From assembly GCA_030390025.1 (NCBI GenBank), contig CM059433.1:24926001-24990000 (forward strand): a stretch of DNA of 64,000 nt, read 5' to 3'. Shown piece by piece: positions 39,763-50,850 of the stretch. The notes under the pieces are model-generated. The model had not been told where the DNA came from, made no database searches, and saw only the letters and a program-made list of their open reading frames with translations. The stretch comes from Squalus acanthias. Its lineage: Eukaryota. Position 1 is the first letter of the stretch, and the number at the start of each line of letters is the position of its first letter. Both the position numbers and the translations under genes were made by a program.

Positions 39763-40704
39763 GGTAGCTGTGAGAGAATCTCCCAGAATTCACAATATAA
39801 ACACAGAAAAAATGTATTCAAATCTTTCCCTACATCAAAGACACACTAAGAGCACAGCCAAGACAATGAGATGTGTCCCAGGGGGTCCAACGTGTCAAAA
39901 CACCTGCTGGCTGCATATCCTCTGCAGTTGAGTTTGGTTCTTGTGTTAGTTTTTTTTAAAAAAAGCTGGAAAGACCGGCCATGATGTCAAGTCACGTTCT
40001 GTATCGTGACATGAACCCGATATCGCGATTGAGGCCATCCTCATGAGTGCGGAACTTGGCTATCAGTTTCTGCTCTATGATTTTGCGCTGTCGTGTATCC
40101 CGAAGGCCGCCTTGGAGAACGCTTACCCGCAGATCCGAGGCTGAATGCCCCTGACTGCTGAAGTGTTCCCCGACTGGGAGGCAACCCTCCTGCCTGGCGA
40201 TTGTTGCGCGGTGTCCGTTCATACGTTGTCTCAGTGTCTGCATGGTCTCGCCGATGTACCATGCTCTGGAGCATCCTTTACTGCAACGTATCAGGTAGAC
40301 AACGTTGGCCGAGTCACATGAGTATGTACCATGTACCTGGTGGGTAGTGTCCTCACGTGTGATGATGGTATCTGTGTCCATGATTTGGCATGTCTTGCAG
40401 AGGTTGCCGTGGCAGGGTTGTGTGGTGTCGTGGTTGCTGTTCTCCTGAAAGATGGGTAATCTGCTGCGAACGATGGTACTTTTGAGGTTAGGCGGCTGCT
40501 TGAAGGCGAGTAGAGGAGGCGTGGGGATGGCCTTAGCAAATGGAGAGGATATGCGGCCAGCAGGTGTTTTGACACGTTGGACCCCCTGGGACACATCTCA
40601 TTGTCTTGGCTGTGCTCTTAGTGTGTCTTTGATGTAGGGAAAGATTTGAATACATTTTTTCTGTGTTTATATTGTGAATTCTGGGAGATTCTCTCACAGC
40701 TACC

Positions 40705-40743
40705 TTACCTGAAGAAGGAGCGAACAGCTCCGAAAGCTTGTAA
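40705..40743 (+). ncRNA. Minimal hammerhead ribozyme motif (sense to MLIP)
   Basis: ttac-CTGAAGA-a-ggagc-gaaca-gctcc-GAAA-gc-TT-gtaa. Confidence 0.75.
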
Positions 40744-41271
40744 AATTAAATAAATCTGTTGGACTATAACCTGGTGTTGTGCGACTTCTGATTTTTGTCC
40801 ACCCCAGTCCAACGCCGGCATCTCCACATCATGCTCTCTCAGGATGACAGCATTCATGCTCCCACCCCTGCCACTCCGCCAGTGTCCTTGCTATTACCTG
40901 TCAGCCAGCCAGCCCATATCGTTGCAGCCCAGGCCGAGATAGTGCAGTCTGAAGCCGGGCCTTCTAGGCCCAGAGCTGCTCGAGGTCACCCTCCAAGGCC
41001 ATCTGCAGCCTTACACCAGCCATGCTGTAGCCATTGAGGAAGCACCTCGTAGAAGCACTAGGACAGGGAAAGGCACACGGAAGAGGCACTAAGGGAATGC
41101 ACAAGGTTGATTAGTTTATTTTTGTATGAACTATGGCATGATTTAATTTATAAATTTGGATTGGAATTTGTATTTTTTGTTGGCTTTTATTTTTGTATTG
41201 TGGGAAAGAGGACGATATGATGTGACAGAGGAAGTGTGGGACTGTTGCTGAATGGGGAATTGAGTTTGAGG

Positions 41272-42404
41272 TTACTGGTATCGCTCATGGATTATTTGTT
41301 CATGTACAGCCCGGGCAGAAAGGGGCTGTCCAGGTTGCAGCCTCCCTTCCTCTTCTTCTGCCTCCTCCTCCTCCTCCTCCTCAGCTTCTTGCTTGATAGG
41401 TGGTGGCAAGGGCGGTTCCCTCATGATGGCAAGGTTGTGCAGCATGCAGCAAACCACGACAAATCTTGATACCTGCTCAACCGAGTACTACAGGCTCCTC
41501 CAGAGTGGTCCAAGCAGCGGAAGCGTTGCTTGAAGATGCCAATGGTCTGCTCTATAAGATTCCTTGTGGCAGCATAGCTCTCGTCGTATGCCTGCTGTGC
41601 ACGATGCATGGGTTCTGGACCAGAATCATGAGTCATGTCATGAGTGGATAACCCTTATTGCCCAGTAGCTACTCTTTGGTTTGCCGCGGTGGTTGAAATA
41701 TAGCTGGAAATACAGAGGACTGCCGCAGAATGAATGCATCATGACTGCTGCCAGGATACCAGGCATTGACCTGCATGATGCTCTGCCTGTGGTCGCACAC
41801 CAGCTGGACATTGAGTGGAATCCCTTTCTGTTCAGGTACACGGCCGAGGTCACATGAGGCGCACACAAAGCATTGTGCATGCAGTCAATGGCACCCTGTA
41901 CCATGGGGAAGCCTGCAATCCATGCAAACCCTCATGCTCACTCCGCCTGCTTGTCTCTGGCAAGAGGGAATGAGATGAAGCTGTCTCTCTGTGTATAGAG
42001 AGCTCCTTTATGCAGCAGTGCACTGCAAACTGCGAGATGTTGCTAATATCTTCAGCAGCAGCCTGGAAGGAGCCAGACGCACAAAAGTTCACAGCCACGG
42101 TCACCTTCACAGCCACAGGCAATGTGGTCCTTGCTCTGCTCTGAGGTTGGAGTTGTGACTGCAGCAGTTGGCAGATTTGAGTCACGACCTCCTTAGTGAA
42201 GTGCAGACATCTCAAGCATTGTCGCCGCTGAAGTTCAGGTACAAGAATTGCTCCCTAAACACCCTCTGCGGATATGGCCTCCTGCTGGGAGCCCTTTTTT
42301 GCCCTCCTCCTCCCTCTTCTAGCAGCTTGTCCTGTTCTGCATGGCCTCTGCTCATTCTCCCAGTCATAGTCAACTCCAAGAGGAAGTCCTACTAGGCCAC
42401 CCAT
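41272..42404 (-). pseudogene. Harbinger (HARBI1-like) DDE transposase, frameshifted
   Basis: [56 protein letters not shown] and CCMLHN spread over several frames. Confidence 0.88.
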
Positions 42405-43089
42405 GTCTGGAACCAACTGGTTTGTGCACAATCCTTTAAGTCACCAAAAAAGTAATTCAGCACCAGCCAGACCACGCCCTGTAGACTATTGAAACTTTTA
42501 ACAAGTATGGAAAAGCAACCAAAATGTGTAGAATTGTAGCAACAGCCAGAAGAAATAATCCAGCAACTAACTTGTAAATAGTTCATGATCCCTTTAAATA
42601 GCGCTGGTAGGGGGTCCTTCATGCTGTTTAATGTCGTGTTCAGCTGTGTGAGGTTAAGAGAGGGCATAGGCTGGAACATGGTGCTCCAAAATGGCAGTGC
42701 TGGCATCAAATCAGCATTACACACTGATTGATGTCTTGATCTGCCTGCTCTGCATGTTGCCGGCGGTCGTTAGATGTGCGCGCACAAACCCCTTTACATA
42801 TATGGCGTCCGACGCACTTCCTGTTGGAAGTGTGCATGTGCGTTGCGGGTGCCATTTTAGTAGTTTAAGTGGGCTTGTAGCTCCCAAAAAACTGGCGCTA
42901 CAGAGTCCAATTTTGCCTCCATTGAATTCAAGTTCACAATTTACCATGGTGGGATTTAAACTCTCAACCTCTGGGCTGCTAAGGCAGTGCCGTAAGTAAT
43001 GGAGGTGAAAACCTTGGAATCATTTCAGAACCAATTGGATGCTGCAGTGGTGAGGGGGGTACTTTACGATGATTCAGGCTGGATGAACT

Positions 43090-44879
43090 CATCCAGCTGG
43101 GTGGGACTGCACTCATCTGGCTCCATTCTTATCTAATCGTAGCCAGAGAATCGCCTGCAATGGCTTCTCTTCCCGCTCCCCCATCATTACCTCTGGTGTC
43201 CCCCAAGGATCTATCCTTGGTCCCCTCCTATTTCTCATCTACATGCTGCCCCTCGGTGACATCATCTGTAAACACAGCGTCAGTTTCCACAGACATGCTG
43301 ACGACACCCAACTCTACCTCACCACCACTTCTCTCGACCCTCCACTGTCTATAAATTGTCAGGCTGTTTGTCCGACATCCAGTACTGGATGAGCAGAAAT
43401 TTCCTCCAATTAAGTATTGGGAAGACCGAAGCCATTGGGGGAAAAATTGGGTCGCGCCCCCTTTGGGGTGCTAACTTCGCAAGGGCGCTACTTTTAGCGC
43501 CCTGAAAAAGTTAGCACCCCATGCCCTAAATTCACCGGTAGCGCCCTAAAAGGGAGGAGGGCCGCTACTGGAAGCGCCCCGCCTTCCTCTTGGGGCGCTG
43601 CGAGTGAATATTGCGGTGCTACATGCCGCGATACTGCAGGCCTTCCTCCTCTTACTAAAGGGGAGGGGCCTTGCGCAGCGCAACCCGGGGCCCAGCTGGG
43701 CCACCAGGGATCGGAGTGCCGGCAAAAGAGCCTGGCACTCAAGAGAAGTGCCGGGCTCACGGAGCGCAGCCGGCACTCCGCCGGGGGGGGGGGGGGGGGC
43801 TTCACAGGAGGCCACAGGTAAGCTCCCCCTGACCCCATCGGACATGGCGTCCGGCGTTAAGTCGGGGGGCGCTACCGAAGATTGTGGCCAGGGTGCGAGC
43901 AGGTGCTGTGCACGGTGATGACGTCATCGTCGGTGGCGCAGCGGGGCGCTAACGGTTACTGCTGCCGCTAAGCTCCCGCTGAATTTCATGGAAGGCATTG
44001 GTGGTGCCGGGCCACGCCCAGGCGCTAGTTGCTTTGCGCCCCGTAGGGCACTAACGGGAGGCGCAAATCAACCGAATTTTTAGGCCATTGTCTTTGGTCC
44101 CCATCACGAACTCCATTCCCTAACCACTGACTCCATCCCTCTCCATAGCATCTGTCTGAGGCTGAGCCACACTGTTCGCATCCTTGGTGTCATATTTGAC
44201 CCTGAAATGAGCTTCCGACCACTTATCCACGCCATCACTAAGACCGCCTATTTCCACCTCTGGAACATCGCCCAACTCCGCCCTTCCTCAACTCATCTGC
44301 TGCTGAAACCCTCATCCATGCCTTTGTCACCTCTAGACTTGACTATTCCAACGTACTCCTGGCTGGCCTCCCATGTTCTATCCTCTGTGAACTTGAGGTC
44401 ATCCAAAACTCTGCTGCCCGTGACCTAACTCGCACCAAGTCCCGTTCACCCATCACCCCTGTGCTCGCTAACCTACATTGGCTCCTGGTTAAACAACGCA
44501 TCGATTTAAAAATTCTTATCCTTTGTTTTCAAATCCCTCCAAGGCCTCGCTCCTCCCTATATCTGTAATCTCCTCCAGCCCCACAACCTCCTGAGATATC
44601 TGCGCTCCTCTAATTCTGGCCTCTTGAGCAACCCCAATTTTAATCTTCTCCACCACTGACGGCCGGGCCTTCAGCTACCTGGGCCCTAAGCTCTGGAATT
44701 CCCTCCCTAAACCTCTCTGCCTCACCTCTTTCCTCCTTTAAAACCTACCTCTTTGACCAAGCTTTCCCTAATATCTCCTTATGTGGCTTGGTGTCAAATT
44801 TTGTTTTATAACGCCCCTGTGAAGCGACTTGAGATGTTTTACTACGTTAAAGGCGCTGTATAAATACAAGTTGTTGTTG
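43090..44879 (+). mobile_element. L2-like LINE 3' part split by a MITE
   Basis: GVPQGSILGPLLF and ADD RT remnant; (ttg)n tail; homologous to 13100-14130. Confidence 0.88.
43437..44086. mobile_element. GC/CpG-rich Harbinger-type MITE, copy 3
   Basis: Ends gggggaaaaattgg / ccgaatttttaggcc; TSD ATT; removal restores the L2 sequence. Confidence 0.88.
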
Positions 44880-44984
44880 AATGGCCGCCTGCTTCTATGA
44901 CTATCTTGTACTCTTGTATGGGGTGTGCTGAACACCATCCCCGAGTTCCCATTATTCACTTTCGTCACACAGAGCTCTGCAGCT

Positions 44985-46582
44985 TGTAAGGGTTTCGTGC
45001 CTGTGTCTCAGACGGTGCTGGTGCGAGGTTAGGCCTTGCTCTGGTCTCCGGCCAGCCTTTTAGCAATAAGCACCTGTGAGTGGTTCGACCCACTCGCCCT
45101 TACGGTTCTAACACTGGACTTAGGTGCAGGAGCAGTAATGCAGAGAAAAACTCAAATAGACCCGGTTGAATAGTTCGAAATGGAAATCTTTATTGCATAG
45201 CGTCCAAAATCATGAAGTACATGTCATAGGCGCAAATTAACGAGAGTACAAGTATACATACATTCATAAAGCTTGGTCTACGGTAATGAAGAACGCACGG
45301 CACATCGTAAAAAGGGGAACACATTATACTTTATCCTTAATAAAACCACCCTCCCTTATCAATACCTACACTACGTCTAGATTTGTAGGATCGGGAAACA
45401 TGCTCACCACTCGTGTTACTTCGGAGAATTTTAAAGTGAGGCACTCGGCTCGTTTCGCTGCAGCGCCTGACTGTCACGTGTTTGGAGGGGTCTCTGTACC
45501 CCACTTGTTTAGCTTCGCTGCTGCGACAAGCAGGTCCGACTCCCTGTTGTCATGAAGAAGTCGATGGACCCAAACCGGATCGTGCAGTAACCCGTAGAAT
45601 TCAAGAAATGAGTTCTGTATTTATATCTTCGGGCGCGGTCGGGGTTTACTGACCGTGGCGGCACGTGGATGATTCTTCTTTTCTTGTCATTTCGTCTTGT
45701 CTCTTCGGGCCTTCGGGTCCAGACACCGTTTACCGACTCTCGGGATGGTGCACCCTGCTACTTGCCCTTGTCGGGGCGGCTCGTCCCGATTGAGCTCCAC
45801 CCAACATTCAAATAACCGACCAGTGCGGCTAAAAGTCAAGAGTCAACAGAGTCCAGCCCTAAAGAAGAGCTTCAGCCAGCGGTCGAGCGAGTCAAGAGAA
45901 TAAGAGTTCAGCAGTCAGATAAGAGACCGAATCAAGCGCATAAGAGAGCGATGGACATTTGTTCACTATAGTTATAGTGCTGTGTTCCCGCTCAAATCTT
46001 AATGTTTGTCCTTTGTGTAATATGGGCGCTCAAAACTCCCAGCATGGGGCGATTCTTCTCTTTAACGGGTTTCGGTAGCACCTGAAACTGGCCAACTATC
46101 CGTTAATGTTTTCCCCATTGTTGACCCAGCCAGGATGTGTACAAATCATCTCCCTGACTGGTTTTGGGGGCCCCTGAATACTTGCTTAATCACCCGTCGA
46201 TGTCTCTCTCATTGTAGAGCCGTGGGGGTATTTGTGTATTGATGTGTCTGGATGGGCCTTCGATTGCCCAGTACAATGGTCCTTACTTGTGCATGGAAAA
46301 CGATTCCAGCACTTATATCTTTGCTATTGTCAAAAATGCAAACAGGTTGCATCCTGTCTTTATCAGTGTTTATCGAGTATGATCCAATCTTATATTGAAT
46401 GTTTATTCGACGCCCTCTTGTCTGCCCACTGTATTTCTGGAAGCTTCTGCCACGATGCGCGGCGGCCATTTTACAGGCTTCTGTGTCCTTTATATCATGA
46501 CAGCATTTCGTTTAATAAAACTGATCAAATGAATCTGCTTCTATCTTGTTATTTTGAATCGCGATAATTGCGAAACTTTACA
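44985..46582 (-). mobile_element. Long (1598-bp) solo LTR
   Basis: Ends tgtaagggtttcg / cgaaactttaca; 4-bp TSD AGCT; minus-strand TATAAATA (45618-45625) and AATAAA (45189-45194); CpG-rich. Confidence 0.75.
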
Positions 46583-47316
46583 AGCTAATGTGCTAATCCT
46601 TAAAATCCGGTTTCAAACAGGAAGTCTGAACAATAAACAGTGCTGTTAGGCTCCTGAGCCAGTAAAATTTGCTGATTTGCCAATTCTACAGGCAACCATG
46701 ATTCTGCTTCCAAAGGCCAGTCCGAATTCCACCCATCGCAGGTCGAGAGCTATGCCTTGATGTGTTTTGGTGTGATTCACGTCACCAGGTTATGTGTTGG
46801 CAAATAATTTCACCAAATATTTTTTACCTGCAGATGTTGCCCTGATAATCCTTCAGTGACATCACCAATAATGTTTAAATATATGAAAACATCATTGCTT
46901 TATATATTGTAAAATAAAAACAGGTGTACAATGAAAATCTCATCTCGGGGCTGTGTTAGAAAATTACTTGAGCTTTGGTCTCTTGGTTTATGACTTGAAC
47001 CCTTTGGCTTTGAAGTTATGGCTTTGAAGATGCTGTCTTACATATTCATATGAAGCTCCTTCCTTTGCTATTTGAACAGACGTTAACTTATTTATTTTGT
47101 ACCCTGCTTTCTTTATGATAGTTAATGCCTGTGTTAAAATAACAGAGCAAGGGATTTCAAATGTGCTAATAATTCATACGCTCATATCCCACAGTGTAAC
47201 TTTTAGGCCTTTGAGATTATTCTTGTAATTATTACCTTGATTACTCTTTACTTAGCTGCATGCAGCACACTGCCCTGTTATATCTGTGTTATATTTCCTC
47301 CAACCTTTGAATCTAG

Positions 47317-47445
47317 ACTAGACCTGGTGTGATTCGTCCCGTTACCATTGTTCAGAAGACACCTGCAACCCCAAAGATGGAAGAGAACTGTCCCAATCCT
47401 TTTAGGCAAAAGCCTGAAGAAACCAGTGATACTGAAATCCAAGAG
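47317..47445 (+). CDS. MLIP: MLIP coding exon TRPGVIRPVTIVQ...NPFRQKPEETSDTEIQE
   Basis: atctag acceptor and gtaggc donor, 129 nt; T(K/R)PGVIRPV and PNPF motifs of MLIP. Confidence 0.9.
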
Positions 47446-48522
47446 GTAGGCAGCTTAAAAAGCTGGGGCTGGTACTCATCACACCGCACCATCAAATGTT
47501 CTCAAAAGGTTTTTGAATTATCCTTTGAAGATATACAATATTAATGGAATTTCATCTGCTTGCTGCTACTTCTCATTCATATGCACCTGGACCCAACTGT
47601 ATGCATTAAAGTGATTTAATCGTAACTGAGGCAGACTGTTAAAATGTGGATTATGTAGTTGATAGTGTTGCTCACTGAACAGTAATAGTTTTGAGCTTAT
47701 TGTTTGTTCCATTGATAGCAACCATTGAAATCCTTTTCATTAACTTGTCATCATCTCAAAGCTGAGGTAGTGGCACTTGCATCTGCTGTTTCTATTGCAC
47801 TGGCTGTATTTATTCATTAGTTTACTCGATATTTTGGGTACTTTTAAAACTCAGCACAAAAATTAACAAATTTGGTTCTAAATATACTATGCAACAGTGT
47901 GATTGGTGATGGAATAATATCACTGCAGCATTAATTACATCTACTGATGTAATCAAAAACTATCGTGTGTAACATTGGCATTGCAGAACTGCTACTTCCT
48001 GAGTGTAAAATTACCCTGGAAGCCTTTATGCAGCTTGTATGGCAGCCTCTTTCATGAAGGATGTGCTGTAGAGAAACAATTCCTGAGTTAAACCTCATTT
48101 TAGCTCAAACTAATTTTCTGCAATTTTAATGGTGTTCATTTTGGACTCTGATGCTTCTTGCTGTACAGTATCCATACGTTGCTTTACTCACAATGTCCTT
48201 TTGTGTACTGGGTCAAATTATTGTGATCAAATTTTACATTTCAATTTGCTATCAGAATTACATAATAGGTCTTCATTTTTGTTGATTGTTACTGATGTGT
48301 GTTCTGCACCATAAATCTTTGAGAGTGAAATTCCTGTTGACAATTTTAATGAGAAGTTTAACAAGGGTAAAAAAAAAAGGAAATCCTTTTATATCCTTGC
48401 ACTGACTTTTTTTTTTGCTAAAATTATCTCCAGTAGAAAATTCACCTCCAAAATGTTATTGAGTGCAGGAGTTCATTCACAGTGTTCTTCCATCTGTTTT
48501 ATTGTCTGCTCTTCTTCAACAG

Positions 48523-48753
48523 TGGCTGCTCCCATTATCCACCATCCTAACTTCTGTCTCATATCCCCGTTTGTGCCATGAAATGCACCAGACCATGCTG
48601 TGCTCTCAGGACATGTCCCAGTCTATTCCACTGTCTCTTTCACCTGTCACTTGTCTAACCTCTGGATCACATATTCGTTTCTCTCCCATTGTCCCATGTA
48701 ACTACTACATGACCTCTAACCTCTCTCGCAGTCTCCACTCCCTGTACATTAAG
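48523..48753 (+). CDS. MLIP: Probable MLIP coding exon WLLPLS...HEMHQTML...LSPVTCLTSGS...SLYIK
   Basis: cttcttcaacag acceptor and AAG|gtgaga donor, 231 nt open in phase 0; weak resemblance to the recalled MLIP C-terminal region (HPLYQTKL, LSHADCLAPG). Confidence 0.6.
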
Positions 48754-49825
48754 GTGAGAAGTTGGCCAGTAATGCTTTTTTGTGCTGTGATACGTTTTCC
48801 TGTCTGACTGTAATTGTTTCACGCAACAGAGTTTTTGTTCTGCACGGATATTGCTCAGCAAGGGAATAACAAACACATGGAGTACTTGCAATTACATTAC
48901 AAGAAACCTCAAATGATGGATTTAATTTTCTTTTTACTTTGAAAATTGTTGCAACCCTTGCAGTAGATGCACAATTGCACATAGGTGCTGAATATTTCAT
49001 TTTTCAATATTCTGTATCTGAGTTATGGGTTTGAGGTAATGAGGACAAGAGATGACACTTAAAAAGTAAGATTTTCCTCTGTGTGCCCATGTTAGTGAAA
49101 AAAATCGGTGTGAGTATAAACCTCAGTGTAAACAGAGAAAGTACACCCCTATTTGGAGTGTTTAATTCCTGGGCTTTGTACCATGCTGAAGCAGCTCACC
49201 AATCCAGCACTGTCACGCTGTATTAAACCTGGTGTCGGATGCATTCTCCACCCCGCTCAACCTTGTGCTGTCAAATTTCACGGTAAACATATTCAGTGTA
49301 GTGGGCTGAACCTTATTAATGCACTTAAACCCATGATAACAAATTCTTTCATTAACTGCGAATGAAGCATAAATAGATACTTCACTGTTTTGTACTGTGA
49401 TGCAAAAGTCCAACTATAGTCCTGTTGTGAAAATAACCAAGACAGTGGAGAAGGCACATCTGGCTATTGATGTTAGAAAAACTTCAGTCTAAACAGTAGA
49501 GGAAAAAAAAAAAAATTGAATATACAATAGGGAATGGATAGATATACAATGTACTCCATTGGTAAATTTTGTGAGGCTCCATTCCTCAAGAATTAAGCAT
49601 GGAGATCAATGCACGCAATTTGCTGTGCAAATTTTCCAGTGACTAGCAGAAAATTGGGACGCTGCGAATTGGACATGCTGGCCTCCACAGCCAATTCCTC
49701 GACCCATGCTCCCGTTGAGCCAGGGTCTGTGGTGGGAGCCGTGCCTCATAAAATCGATCGTCATGAGTCAGAAAAGAGCCATCATCCACGGGTAGTAACA
49801 TCGATTACCATCAAGTTCCTTCATC

Positions 49826-50003
49826 TTCACCAGGTCAAAATCCTGGAACTCCCTACCTAACAGCACTGTGGGAGCACCTTCACCACACGGACTGCAGTGG
49901 TTTAAGAAGGCGGCCCACCACCACCTTCTCAAATCATCTAGGGTTGGGCTATAAATGCCGGCCTTTCCAGCAACACCCGCATCCCAATGAATGATTTTTT
50001 AAA
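49826..50003 (+). mobile_element. HER1-like LINE 3' tail
   Basis: Homologous to 12440-12620. Confidence 0.8.
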
Positions 50004-50210
50004 TTGCAGCCTGTCTCATGAATAGAATAAAATAGTTATTGCACTGTCAGAAACTATTAATAAAATACAACTTTTTTTAACCTGTCCCCATTAGAACTGT
50101 TAACCATGGATCCTGCCAATGAATATCTCCCGTGGAGTTATGTGATATATATTGCAAGTCACTGTCTGTTTTTGTCTTTTTAAATAATGAAGGACTGCCT
50201 TCAAGAATCT

Positions 50211-50332
50211 ATGATGCGGAGATGCCGGTGTTGGACTGGGGTGGACAAAAATGAGAAGTCGCACAACACCAGGTTATAGTCCAACAGTTTGTCAAACTGT
50301 TGGACTATAACCTGGTGTTGTGCGACTTCTCA
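50211..50332 (-). mobile_element. Minimal Penelope family-1 insertion (tail + perfect hairpin)
   Basis: 41-bp perfect inverted repeat (50250-50290 / 50294-50334); TSD ttcaagaatct; same terminal sequence as 40755-40833. Confidence 0.88.
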
Positions 50333-50659
50333 TTCAAGAATCTAAACAGTGGAGCCCATTGGTAATCCTATCTGTTAACAGCACAATCCCAATTAACATC
50401 ACAGAATTGTAGAACGCCAAACCATTTTCCATTTCTCTCTTTAAAAAAAAACGATGTCCTTTTTCACCTTAAGGAAATATTCTAAGAGAGTGTTGAGAAA
50501 TGAATAAAACATGCACCTTATATAAAAAATAAATATACAGTACTTCAACTGTATGCCATCAGGAGTCACTGCAAGAGGACAGGAAGCAAGGGGAGAAAGC
50601 TGGGAAAAGTATTTCAATCTGGCTTCAACTGCATCAAATGTGGAAGATTAAAAAAAAGA

Positions 50660-50850
50660 TGTGATTGCAGGAAATCTGAAATAAAAATAGGAAATGCTGG
50701 AAAGGCACAAGTTCGTGAGCATCTGAAAAAGAAAAGTTGGATTAACATTTTGGCCCAGTCAAAGGATCCCAGCTGAAGCACGAGGCCATCTCTCTCTCTC
50801 TCCTACAAATACTCACCCATCTGCACAATTCTAACTATTTTGATTTTGGA
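50660..50850. mobile_element. Ancient palindromic remnant of the Penelope family-2 end
   Basis: ggaaatctgaaataaaaataggaaatgctgg...gcatctg resembles the reverse complement of 60395-60460. Confidence 0.5.

Larger units (their letters stand above)
39671..40833 (-). mobile_element. Penelope-like element family 1: GIY-YIG end with inverted pLTR
   Basis: NVVYLIRC...WYIGET...RMNGH...GLN ORF; ~250-bp inverted repeat (39671-39923 / 40544-40796); 12-bp TSD ctctctcaggat. Confidence 0.92.
38078..41112 (+). pseudogene. Harbinger Myb/SANT-like DNA-binding gene (exons ~38078-38305, 38591-38750, 38904-~41112, the last split by a Penelope)
   Basis: PKFSDAALEDLV...WQEIVAEV...RTWMQCRKKFNDL trihelix motif; GT-AG introns keep frame; in-frame stops downstream. 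Confidence 0.8.
37767..42920. mobile_element. PIF/Harbinger DNA transposon, two convergent genes, decayed
   Basis: Imperfect TIRs gggggttaaattaga / tccaattttgcctcc; TSD ATT; Myb/SANT gene on + and DDE nuclease on -. Confidence 0.85.
37515..42995 (-). mobile_element. Old HE1-like SINE split by the Harbinger (parts ~37515-37766 and ~42921-42995), itself inside a CR1 3' remnant
   Basis: Joined flanks ccagacttatt|gaattcaagttcacaatttaccatggtgggatttaaactc match the reverse complement of 3110-3170; CR1 remnants at ~37320-37513 and ~42996-43085. Confidence 0.65.

Noticed and set aside
41272..42404. Domesticated host HARBI1 gene
   Set aside because: Frameshifts, an altered catalytic motif, and location within TIRs and a TSD
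45078..45095. Pol III RNA cassette in the long LTR (gagtggttcgacccactc hairpin)
   Set aside because: Only a partial B box, with a T4 run upstream and no convincing A box
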